From NCBI GenBank assembly GCA_050916045.1, contig CP051526.1, forward strand, positions 1,760,001-1,824,000: 64,000 nt of DNA, written 5' to 3'. Made by a program: the position numbers and the translations under genes. Numbering within the stretch: position 1 is the stretch's first letter; each line of letters begins with the position of its first letter. The notes under the pieces were generated by a model, which saw only the letters and a program-made list of their open reading frames with translations, ran no database searches and had not been told where the DNA came from. The stretch comes from Tepidisphaera sp. (lineage in GTDB: Bacteria > Planctomycetota > Phycisphaerae > Phycisphaerales > UBA1924). This document shows, one piece after another, positions 36,926-48,141 of this stretch.

Positions 36926-38359
36926 CTAGGTGGCCGAAGCGGCCGCCGAGAGGGGTTCAGGGCCGGGACGACCGGCGGTCGCGGCGGCGGTGCCGCTCGC
37001 GTCGCGGGGGATCCGGCGGACCAGTACGAACAGAACCCCAGCGGCCGCGAGGAGCAAAGCCCCGTTGGCCTGGTGCGCGGTGCGGATCGCGACCTTCCAC
37101 GCCGGTACGGGCGTGGTGGTGGGGAGGTCGGTGTGCTTGGGGACTGGCGTGAAGGCCCCGGGCGGGTTGGCCGCCCACGCGCCCCAGCCCAGAATGAACT
37201 GGATCGCGACCACCGCGACGACGGTCCTGCCGGTTCGGCGAAGAGCGCCCGAGAATGCGTCCGTGCCGGGGCGGCTGCTTGCGGCCATGCCCGCGACCAT
37301 CCCGATCAGCACGATGAGGAACGCGAAGGCGATGTGCGTGTAGAGGACGTGGGCCGAGCCGGTGTGGCGGTACGCGGCCCCGAGGACAAGCTGCAGGATC
37401 AGGGAGTGCGTGAGGGCGGTGCCCATCGCGCGACGACGGCGGTCGGCCGAGTGCGATTCGGCGGGGCCGGTCTGATACGCATCGCCGGCGTACGCCGTGA
37501 ACATCGCCATCATCAGGAAGACGATCTGGCCGAGCACGCCGTGGGCCATCGCGAGGCCGGTGCTCGACTCGGTGACGCGGAAGCCGCCCAGCAGCCCCTG
37601 CACACAGACCAGCGCGAGGATCCCTGCGGCCCAGCCCTTCATCCAGCCGCGGCGTTCAAGTCTGAGCGTCGTGACCAGCAGCAGGATGCTGGTCATGCCG
37701 ACCAGCGTGCCGAAAAGCCGGTGGCTGTGCTCGAGATACACGTGCTTTTCGCTGGCCATCAGGCTAATCGGATAAAGGAACATGTTGCCGCCGTTGGTGC
37801 CGGGCCAGTCGGGAACGGCAAGCCCCGCTCGCGAGCTGGTGACTAGGCCGCCGAGCAGCAGCAGGGGGAGGGTGGCGCCCAGGGCGAGGACCGCGACGCG
37901 GTGGACGTTGACCTGCGGAGAGGCTTCCACGGCTCGCTTCGGCAGGAGCGTGGCGACCACGCCGGCAAGGACGCCCGCGCAGACCGAAAGCCCGAGGTAG
38001 CCGGCGATCATGACGGCCAGCGCGGGGCGATCGACCGCGCCGGCGCTCATGCCCGCGGCGGGGTCGGCTTGCGGGACGAGCATCGAGCCCATCGAAGCGA
38101 GATTGATCGTGCCCGAGAGCAGCCCGGCGACGGCGGAGCCCAGAAGGATGGACGGCGCACGGCGGCCGGGAGCGATCCAGAGCCACGCGGCGATGCTGAG
38201 CGAAAGGCCTTGGACCGCGAGCAGAATCGGGCCGGACGTGCTGGGCGCAAGCCCGACGGCGGGATGATGAACGATGAACCAGACGACCCACATCGCAACG
38301 GCGGCGGCGAGGCCGGCGGGGAGCAGACCCCAGTGAAGGGCGTGTCGAGGGTGACTCAT
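36926..38359 (-). CDS. ctaA: Heme A synthase (COX15/CtaA family) with N-terminal membrane extension
   Basis: LGGLVTS..AGLAVPDWP, EHSHRL.G, QGLLGG.RV, AHG.LGQ, QLVLGAAYRH, YTH, QFILG, TAHQANGALL. Confidence 0.88.
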   Translation of the reverse strand: MSHPRHALHWGLLPAGLAAAVAMWVVWFIVHHPAVGLAPSTSGPILLAVQGLSLSIAAWLWIAPGRRAPSILLGSAVAGLLSGTINLASMGSMLVPQADPAAGMSAGAVDRPALAVMIAGYLGLSVCAGVLAGVVATLLPKRAVEASPQVNVHRVAVLALGATLPLLLLGGLVTSSRAGLAVPDWPGTNGGNMFLYPISLMASEKHVYLEHSHRLFGTLVGMTSILLLVTTLRLERRGWMKGWAAGILALVCVQGLLGGFRVTESSTGLAMAHGVLGQIVFLMMAMFTAYAGDAYQTGPAESHSADRRRRAMGTALTHSLILQLVLGAAYRHTGSAHVLYTHIAFAFLIVLIGMVAGMAASSRPGTDAFSGALRRTGRTVVAVVAIQFILGWGAWAANPPGAFTPVPKHTDLPTTTPVPAWKVAIRTAHQANGALLLAAAGVLFVLVRRIPRDASGTAAATAGRPGPEPLSAAASAT

Positions 38360-38399
38360 CGCGTGTCTCCTTTTGGCTTCGTGTGGGAGTTCGCAGGTG

Positions 38400-38634
38400 C
38401 TAACTGGGAGTGATTCTCAGTATCATTTGGCTAACGGTCGGGAAAGTGCTTGACAGAGTACGCCCGAATCGGAGAAATTCCCGTCTGGCAAGAATACCTT
38501 GACATCCGAATTCCGGATTGCGGGGTTTTGTCAGTGTTGGATTTGGTCTGAGTGACCGCCAGAGTTTTTGGTTTGAGTCTGATTGGCAGATAACCGCCGG
38601 ACAGCAGCGAGCGGTCGAAGACAAGGAGGCCCGG
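38400..38634. promoter_or_regulatory. Lower-GC divergent control region between ctaA and actA with palindromic sites
   Basis: CTTGACA at 38449 and 38498; near-perfect dyad TGGCAAG-AATAC-CTTGACA (38486-38504); AAGGAGG SD before actA. Confidence 0.55.
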
Positions 38635-39339
38635 GTGTCCCTTCTTTTTCCGAAGTGGTTTAACGCGTTCCCGACGGCATTTGCCCTGGGCGGGCTTTGC
38701 ACCGCGACGGTTGCGGTGGCCGGCGTCTGGTACTACTTCACGCCCAAGTTCTGGGCGGTTGGGTACGAGCCGACGCAGCCGGGCGGCGGCTTCAGCCACC
38801 AGATCCACGCGGGCAAGCTCGGCTTGGACTGCCGGTACTGCCATACGAAGGTCGAAGAGAGCCCGGAAGCCAACATCCCGAACGTGGCGACCTGCATGGG
38901 GTGTCACGCGGAGGGCCGTCTGAAGGCTTTGGCGGAGAAGCCTTCGCACAAGGAGAAGACCGAGTTCCTGCGCACGGCCTTCGCGGCGGACGAGTCCGTC
39001 GCATGGCGCCGCGTGCACAAGGTGCCGGACTACGTGCGCAATTTCCCGCACAACGCCCACGTGAACGCGGGCGTTTCGTGCTATTCGTGCCACGGGGACA
39101 TTCAGAACATGCCGGTGGTCCGCCAGGCGGAGTCGCTGAGCATGAGTTGGTGCCTGGACTGCCACCGAGACTCGGCGCCGCACCTTGTAGAGAAGGACAA
39201 GGTGACGCAGCTGGCGTGGGTTGAGCAGCACCTCAAGGAGCGTCAGCAGAAGGGGACCGAGGGGCTTGCGGCGGGCAAGAAGCTTGCCGAGGACCTGCAC
39301 CTCGCGCCGCCGGAGCACTGTGCGGCGTGCCACTACTGA
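38635..39339 (+). CDS. actA: Alternative complex III pentaheme cytochrome c ActA
   Basis: N-terminal TM, GYEPTQP..FSH..H, five CxxCH (CRYCH, CMGCH, CYSCH, CLDCH, CAACH), LSMSWC; GTG start after AAGGAGG. Confidence 0.95.
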   Translation: MSLLFPKWFNAFPTAFALGGLCTATVAVAGVWYYFTPKFWAVGYEPTQPGGGFSHQIHAGKLGLDCRYCHTKVEESPEANIPNVATCMGCHAEGRLKALAEKPSHKEKTEFLRTAFAADESVAWRRVHKVPDYVRNFPHNAHVNAGVSCYSCHGDIQNMPVVRQAESLSMSWCLDCHRDSAPHLVEKDKVTQLAWVEQHLKERQQKGTEGLAAGKKLAEDLHLAPPEHCAACHY

Positions 39340-39432
39340 TCGGGAATGGCTGACGGAGCAGGACGGGGAAGGCAAGCCGGGGTGGCAAGTTCGGGGCGGG
39401 ACCTTTGGGGCGGGGATTTCGGGAAACTCACG

Positions 39433-42400
39433 ATGACGATCGATCAATGTCCGTCGACGGTGCACGAAGGTCCCAAGCAGCAGCCCGGCAAGGCCGATCT
39501 GATCGAGCGGAAGCGCTCGCTTGCGGGCACGGTGAACGGGATGAGCGCGTGGCGGAGCGGCGAGGAGATCGCCGACACGTCCGAGTTCCGCGACTTCGTG
39601 GAGCGTGAGTTCCCCGCGGGCGCGTCGGAGCTGCTGACCACCTCGCGTCGTTCGTTCATGACGCTGATGGGAGCTTCGCTGGCGCTCGCGGGCGCGGCGA
39701 CGATTCCCGGCTGCCGGCGTCCGGACCACAAGATTCTGCCCTTCAGCAAGCACATCCCCGAGGACGTGGTGCCGGGCAAGCCGCTTTACTACGCGACGAG
39801 CATGCCCCTGCCGGGCGGCGGCGCGGAAGGCTTGCTGATCGAGACGCACGAAGGGCGTCCGACGAAGATCGAGGGCAACCCCCTTCACTCGAACAACCTG
39901 GGCAAGAGCACGCCGCAGTCGCAGGCGAGCATTCTGGGGCTTTACGATCCGGACCGCCTGAAGTTCCCGTTCTACAAGCCCACCGGGAAGGAAGCGTCGT
40001 GGGACGATTTCGCGGCGTGGGCGGGTGAGCACTTCAAGAAGCACGAGGGCGCGGCCAGCGAGGGCCTCGCGTTCATCGTCGACAAGAAGACCAGCCCGTC
40101 GCGTGACGCTGTTCGCGACCGGATTCTCCGCAAGTACCCGAAGGCGACCTGGGTGGCGTGGGACCCGACCGAGACGCGCGGTCAGATTGACGGCACCACG
40201 ACGACTTTCGGTGCGCCGATGCGCGAGGTGCTGAGCCTGCGGAAAGCCAAGGTCATCGTGTCGCTCGACCGTGACTTCCTCGGCAACGATCCTGGCCAGC
40301 TGACCAACGCCCGCGAGTTCGCGGCGACGCGTCTGCCGACCAAGACGGGCAAGATGGTCCGCGATTCGCACGGGCACGACATTCCCGAGTTCGCGATGAG
40401 CCGGTTGTACGTCGCGGAGAGCTCGATGACGACGACGGGGGCCCAGGCGGACCACCGCCTGCGTCTTGCCCCTTCGCGGGTGATCGCACTGGCGGTCGAG
40501 CTTGCGAAGTTTGTCGTGAGCAAGTCCGGCACGGCGGGGACGGAAGCTCTGGTGGCCGCGCTGAATGCGGTGCAGGTCACCGGCGGCGAGGCGCTGGACC
40601 GCGGGTTCATCGAGGAAGCGGGCAAGGACCTGCTTGACACGGTCAACCGCGGCGCGGGCGTGGTTCTCGCGGGCCGCAACATGCCGGCCGAGGTTCACGT
40701 CCTCTGCCACGCTCTGAATCACTGCCTGGGCACGCTTGGCACGCTGGTGAAGTATCAGCCGATGGACACGGAGCACGCGAGCGACAGCCTCAAGGGCCTC
40801 GCGGCGCTGACGGCGAAGATGGCGGCGGGCTCGATCTCCACGCTGGTGGTGATCGACGCGAACCCGATGTACGACGCTCCGGGCGATCTGAAGTTCGCGG
40901 ATGCGTTCGCGAAGGTGGGCGCCACGGTGTGCATGAGCGTGCAGCAGTCCGAGACGGCGGTCGCGAGCACGTGGTCGCTGAACGGCTGCCACTACCTCGA
41001 ATCCTGGGGCGACACGGTTTCCAATGACGGCACCCTCGCGGTGACGCAGCCGATGATCGCGCCGCTCTTCGGGCCTCAGCTTTCCGAAGCCGAGCGCAAG
41101 CTTGCCGAGAGCGATCGCCCGATGCACGCGCTGAGCGAGGTCGAGTTCCTCGCGCTGCTCGCCGGCGACAGGCGGCCCGACGGGTACAAGATCGTGCGTT
41201 CGGTGTGGCGGGACATGGCCAAGCGTTCGAGCCCGACCGAGCCGGAAGACAGCTTTGAGCGCCGGTTCCGCCGGTCGCTTCAGGACGGCGTGCTCCAGGG
41301 GCAGCCGGCGCCGACGTGGGTCCGCGATGTGCAGTTGAGCGAGATCGCCAAGGCGGTCGCGGGGATGAAGGTCCCGGCGGGCCCGAGCGAGGGCAAGCTT
41401 GAAGTCGTGTTCATGACGGGCAACCTTGGCGACGGCCGGTATGCGAACCTCGGCTGGCTTCAGGAGCTTCCGGACACGGGCACGATGGTCTGCTGGGACA
41501 ACCCGGCGCTGATGAGCCCGATGACGGCGGTGAAACTCGGCCTCTGGCCTGAGAACCCCAAGAACAACAAGTACACGCAGGAGAAGTGGCCGTCGGCGGA
41601 CATGGCCGAGATCTCGGTGGGCGGCCGCACGATCAAAGCGGCGGTGTGGATCCTGCCGGGCATGGCGGACGACACGATCATCCTGAAGTACGGGTACGGT
41701 CGCACGGCGTGCGGCCTGGTGGGCGACGAGGTCGGGTTCAACGTGTATCCGCTCCGCGGCGGGTCGGCGGGATTCCTGACGGAAGCCACGGCGAAGAAGA
41801 CCGAGGGCGAGTACTGGATCGCGAGCACGCAGAACCACTGGTCGCTTGAGGGCCGCACGAGCATCGTCCGCACGACGGACCTGCCGGCGTTCGCCCACTA
41901 CGCGGACCAGGTGATCACGCAGAAGCACGACCTGTACCGGTTCAACGGCGGCGTGCCGGTTGAGGAGAAGCTCAACTTCGCGGAGCGTCTGGGCGAGCTT
42001 TCGCACACGCCTCCGAACCTCTCGATCTACTCCCACCCGTACAACGCTTCGGCGAAGGACGCGAGCAAGGGCAGCGCGTACAGCAAGGGCCCGCAGTGGG
42101 GGATGACGATCGACCTGTCGACGTGCATCGGCTGCGGGACGTGCACCATCGCCTGCCAAGCCGAGAACAACATCCCGATCGTGGGCAAGAAGGAGACGGC
42201 CAAGGGCCGCGAGATGACGTGGATCCGCGTGGACCGGTACTACACCGGCTACAAGGAAGGCCAGCCGCTCGAGATGATGAACGAGCCGGAGGAGATGCTT
42301 CACCAGCCGATCGCGTGCGTGCACTGCGAATATGCACCCTGCGAGACGGTGTGCCCGGTGAACGCGACGGTGCACACGCCGGACGGGATGAACGCGATGG

Positions 42401-43217
42401 CGTACAACCGCTGCATCGGCACCCGGTACTGCGCGAACAACTGTCCGTACAAGGTTCGCCGGTTCAACTTCTTCGACTACGGGACGGCGAAGTTCGGCGG
42501 CGAGTATTTCGGCAAGGACAAAGTGGAAGCGGTCGCGAAGGTGCTCCCGAACGAGAACTCGGGCGTCACCGGTTCGACCAAGAACGGTCGCGTCAACGTG
42601 AACCTGATCCCGCCGCGGCTTCGCGAGAAGCTTGCGGAGATCGAGCGGATGCAGAAGAACCCGGACGTGACGGTCCGGAGCCGCGGCGTGATGGAGAAGT
42701 GCACGTACTGCGTGCAGCGCATCAACGCGGCCCGCATCGAGATCAATACCAGCGAGGTCTTCCCGGCTGCGGACCGGAACCTGGTTCCGGACGGGTTCGT
42801 TCAGACGGCGTGCCAGCAGGCCTGCCCGACGGATGCGATCACGTTCGGCGACATCCTGGATCGCCGCGAGTACACGGACGAAACGGGCGTGAAGCGTCAG
42901 GGCAGCAAGGTTTCGATCAAGCGGGATGATCCGCGTTCGTACGCCCTGCTCGGATACCTGCTCACGCGTCCGCGGACGAGCCACATGCTCCGCGTGCGGA
43001 ACCCCAACCCAGCGCTTCTGGCGCGGACGGAAGCGGGCAAGAAGCGTGTCGAGCACTGGGAGAATCCGTTCGACCACGGCGGGCACGATGAGCACAAGGG
43101 CCACGATCACGATCATGGCCATGACGAGAAGAAGCACGCGGCTGCGCTTGATCCGCGCAAGCGGGCCGAGGATCGCGGGTATCGCGCGAGCCTGACGGTT
43201 TTGACTGGAGGTAAGGC

Positions 43218-43221
<4 letters not shown>
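39433..43221 (+). CDS. actB: Alternative complex III ActB (molybdopterin-oxidoreductase-like domain fused to Fe-S domain)
   Basis: WRS.EE, EFP.GASE, Tat [15 protein letters not shown]....[17 protein letters not shown], Fe-S motifs [47 protein letters not shown]. Confidence 0.96.
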
Positions 43222-44789
<1,568 letters not shown>

Positions 44790-44792
44790 CCC

Positions 44793-45380
44793 ATGAACAC
44801 GACGCACGCGAAACAGTTCGTGACGGAGAAGGGTGAGCCGGTCTTCGGCATCATGGCGGAGTTTGCGACGCCCGCGGACGTTTACCACGCGGCGGAGATG
44901 ATCCGCGACGCGGGGTACACCAAGTGGGACCTGTACTCGCCGTTCCCGATCCACGGGATCGACGAAGCGATGGGTATCCCGCGGACCAAGCTCCCGTTGA
45001 TCGTCGGCGCCGCCGCGATCGTCGGCGTCACATGCGGATACCTGCTCCAGTGGTACGGGTCCAACGTCGGCTACAAGCTGGTGACGCAGGGCAAGCCCTA
45101 CGGCAGCCTGACGGAGGGCGGCTGGGAGTCCTTCGTGCCGATCATGTTCGAGGTGGGCGTCCTCTTCTCGGCGTTCGCGTCGCTGATCGGGATGCTGGCG
45201 CTCAACGGCCTGCCGCGTCACCACCACCCGCTGATGAAGAAGGAAGCGTTCCTTCGCACGAGCGACGACAAGTTCGTCGTGTGCATCGAGGCGGGGGACC
45301 CCAAGTTCGACCCTGACGCGGTGAAAGCCCTGCTCAAGAAGGCGCACGGGTACAACATCGATCTGGTCGAGAACGAGTGA
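44793..45380 (+). CDS. actD: Alternative complex III ActD (DUF3341)
   Basis: AEF, YSPFPIHGIDEAMG, GKP, FVPIMFE..VLF, GLPR.HHP, DDKF. Confidence 0.95.
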   Translation: MNTTHAKQFVTEKGEPVFGIMAEFATPADVYHAAEMIRDAGYTKWDLYSPFPIHGIDEAMGIPRTKLPLIVGAAAIVGVTCGYLLQWYGSNVGYKLVTQGKPYGSLTEGGWESFVPIMFEVGVLFSAFASLIGMLALNGLPRHHHPLMKKEAFLRTSDDKFVVCIEAGDPKFDPDAVKALLKKAHGYNIDLVENE

Positions 45381-45433
45381 TCGCGGAGCGGAAGCGGTAC
45401 TGATCGGGTGTGGCGGAAGACTGTGAGTGAAGC

Positions 45434-46309
45434 ATGATGAACACGAAGCACATCTCAACGCTCGTGCTTGCCCTGACGGGGTCGGCGGCGGTCGTGTCGG
45501 GCCTGGGCGGGTGTCAGGGTGACCGCAGCGAGAAACCGCCGCGGCAGTTCTTCCCCGACATGGACGATTCGCCGAAGCACAAGCCGCAGGTGAAGACGGA
45601 CTTCTTCGAGGACGGTCGGTCCATGCGGCCGCAGGTGCCGCACACCGTCGCGTTCGGGCGGCACAACGTGAGCCGCGAGCTCCTGGTCGGCAAGCCCGAC
45701 TGGTTCGCGAAGTTCCACGGCCAGCGTCAGGACCTGCTCCGCGATGAGTGGGAGCTCTACAAGGGCGCGGTGCCCAAGATGGACCCGTCGGGCGCGATCG
45801 TGTTCGACGCGACGGGGAAGGTCTTCGACAAGGTCGTCGACCGCATCCCGGTGAGGGTCGATGAGGATCTGCTCCGCCGCGGCGAAGAGCGGTTCAACAT
45901 CTACTGCGCGGTCTGCCACGGGTACGAGGGCGACGGCAAGGGTCTTGTCGGCGATGCGGCCCGGTCCACGGGCTGGGTCGGCGGCGCCCGCAACCTGCAC
46001 GACGCGGCGTACCGCGATCCGACCGGCCTCAAGGGCAAGGACGGATACCTGTACTACGTGGTCCGCAACGGGTACGTGGACGGCAGCAAGAACGAGAAGA
46101 TGCCCGGGTACGGACACGCGCTGTCCGCGCGGGACTCGTGGGCGGTGGTGGCGTGGCTCCGGGTGCTCCAGGAGACGCGTGCGGTGCCGATGAACGAGGT
46201 GCCGAAGGAAGAACAGGACAAGTTGAACGCGAGCCGCCCCGCGGCGCCCGCGACGTCGGCCCCCGCGGCCGCGGCCGGCGCCAGCGGGAACACGGGAGGC
46301 AATAAATGA
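45434..46309 (+). CDS. actE: Alternative complex III ActE monoheme cytochrome c lipoprotein
   Basis: Lipobox LGGC, PDMDDSPK.KPQ, FF.DGRSMR, RGEERFNIYCAVCHG, MPGY, WAVVAW.R.LQ. Confidence 0.95.
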   Translation: MMNTKHISTLVLALTGSAAVVSGLGGCQGDRSEKPPRQFFPDMDDSPKHKPQVKTDFFEDGRSMRPQVPHTVAFGRHNVSRELLVGKPDWFAKFHGQRQDLLRDEWELYKGAVPKMDPSGAIVFDATGKVFDKVVDRIPVRVDEDLLRRGEERFNIYCAVCHGYEGDGKGLVGDAARSTGWVGGARNLHDAAYRDPTGLKGKDGYLYYVVRNGYVDGSKNEKMPGYGHALSARDSWAVVAWLRVLQETRAVPMNEVPKEEQDKLNASRPAAPATSAPAAAAGASGNTGGNK

Positions 46310-47616
46310 GCCAGCTCTCTGCCGACGATATCCGCTCGGGGCGGTCGCCCTGGGCTTCCAAGTTCCCGGCGATGCGTCCGGAGAACATCACGCTCGCGCC
46401 CGGCTCGGGCGCGATGATGTCGGGCGTCTTCGTCGTCCTCGGCCTTATCGGCGTGGTCGTCGCGTTCCTGCTTCCCAAGATGATGGGCGGGAACGTGGTG
46501 ATGAAGCACGCCCTGTCGAGCGTGCACGTGGGCGCGATGACGGTGCTCGCCGCGAGCCTGGGCGGCCTCTTCTTCTGCATGGTCTTCCATCTCGTCAACG
46601 CGGGGTGGTCGGGCACGGTCCGCAGGCAGTTCGAGAACCTCGCGACCCTCGTCTGGGTTCCGCTGGTTTTCCTCGCGATCACGCTCGGCTGGTCGGTGGT
46701 TCAGAAGGGTGAAACCAGCGTCACGCTCTTCCCCTGGATGGGCATGGATGCGGACCAGGTGTACCTGCTCGGCAAGAAAGCCGGGTACCTCAACATCCCG
46801 TTCTTCCTCGGCCGGGCGGTGATCTTCGGCCTCGCGTGGATTCTGCTGGCGCAACTGATGGCCAACGCGAGCCGCAAAATGGATGAGACGGGCGACAAGC
46901 GGTACGCGGCGTCGGCCCGCACGCTTTCGGCCCCGGGCATGGTGGTCTTCGCCCTGACGATCGCGTTCGCGGCCTTCGACTGGCTGAAGAGCATGGACTA
47001 CACGTTCTTCAGCACCATGTGGGGCGTGTACTACTTCGCCGGCGCCGCGTTCACCGCGACGACCGTCGTGATCATGATCCATGCCGTGCTCCGCATCCGC
47101 GGCAAGAACGAAGGCGTCGTGACGGAGGAGCACTTCCATGACATGGGCAAGCTCTGCTTCACCTTCACGTGCTTCTGGGCGTACATCTCGTTCTTCCAGT
47201 ACTTCCTGATCTGGTACGCCAACATTCCGGAAGAGACGGCGTTCTACATCTACCGCAAGCAGGGCGGCTGGGAGCACGTCTTCACGCTGCTGGCGTTCGG
47301 CCACTTCGTGGTGCCCTTCGTCATCATGATCTTCCGCCCGTTCAAGAAGAACCACAAAGCCATGCTCCTGATGGGCGCCTGGCTCGTGTTCATGCAGATC
47401 ATGGACATCGTCTTCATCGTGCGTCCGGCGGTGTACGCCGGGCAGCCTCCGGCGAACATCCCCGGCACAGCGCCGTGGCTGATCGACCTGGCCGGCACGG
47501 GCGGCGTGATCCTTGTGTTCCTTGGCCTCCTGATTCGGAAGGTCGCTTCGGGACCGCTGGTCCCGCTTCAGGATCCCCGGATGCACGAGGCTCTGAAGCA
47601 CAAGAACTACGTCTAG
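46306..47616 (+). CDS. actF: Alternative complex III ActF membrane subunit
   Basis: LGGLFF......NAGWS..VRR..E, K..YLN.PFF..R, FDWLKS.D..FFSTMWG, HFHDMGKL, FWAY..F.QY.LIWYANIPEET. Confidence 0.95.
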   Translation: MSQLSADDIRSGRSPWASKFPAMRPENITLAPGSGAMMSGVFVVLGLIGVVVAFLLPKMMGGNVVMKHALSSVHVGAMTVLAASLGGLFFCMVFHLVNAGWSGTVRRQFENLATLVWVPLVFLAITLGWSVVQKGETSVTLFPWMGMDADQVYLLGKKAGYLNIPFFLGRAVIFGLAWILLAQLMANASRKMDETGDKRYAASARTLSAPGMVVFALTIAFAAFDWLKSMDYTFFSTMWGVYYFAGAAFTATTVVIMIHAVLRIRGKNEGVVTEEHFHDMGKLCFTFTCFWAYISFFQYFLIWYANIPEETAFYIYRKQGGWEHVFTLLAFGHFVVPFVIMIFRPFKKNHKAMLLMGAWLVFMQIMDIVFIVRPAVYAGQPPANIPGTAPWLIDLAGTGGVILVFLGLLIRKVASGPLVPLQDPRMHEALKHKNYV

Positions 47617-47736
47617 TACGAACAGAGAACGAACGAGCATGGTTGTTGTCTGACAGTAACCATTCTTGCGGGACAGGACGAAGAGCTAGGGGAACGCCTA
47701 GTATTGAGGGCAAGGGCCCACAGACGCGAGGTAGTC

Positions 47737-48141
47737 ATGAGCGGGCATCACGGACATGCTGGAGAACAGGTCGGCCACCATGGGCATGAGCACGCGGACG
47801 CGTGGCACCACCATGACGCATCCGAGGGGCTGCCGCAGGAAGAGCACGCCGGCACGACATCCATCTCGGCGATGGCGAAGGGCCTGGTCCTGATCATCGT
47901 CGCGACGGTCGGTCTGGTCGCGGTGACCATGCTCTACATGAACCACCACATGGACAAGCTGCGTCGCGAGCGAGTCAACGTCGACCTTTCGTCCGAGTAT
48001 GTCGGGTACAAGGCGGCTTCGACCAAGCGCCTCGAGGGATTTGGCTGGGTGGACGCTTCCACGGTGCATGTTCCGGTCAAGATGGCACAAGACCGCGTCC
48101 TCAAGCGGTACGGCGGCGAAGTGAAGGGTGAAACGAAGTAA
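47737..48141 (+). CDS. ActG-like small single-TM protein
   Basis: Lies between actF and SCO; one TM; C-terminal L..FGWVD...VHVPV..A pattern typical of ActG-type proteins; GAGG SD. Confidence 0.7.
   Translation: MSGHHGHAGEQVGHHGHEHADAWHHHDASEGLPQEEHAGTTSISAMAKGLVLIIVATVGLVAVTMLYMNHHMDKLRRERVNVDLSSEYVGYKAASTKRLEGFGWVDASTVHVPVKMAQDRVLKRYGGEVKGETK

Noticed and set aside
38431..43137. 1568-aa minus-strand ORF, and similar long antisense ORFs at 48979-52344, 43113-45458, 3058-5802, 18449-20680 and 55560-57809
   Set aside because: Shadow frames of well-supported genes on the opposite strand. They are Arg/His/Val-rich, have no motifs, and are expected from high-GC codon bias.
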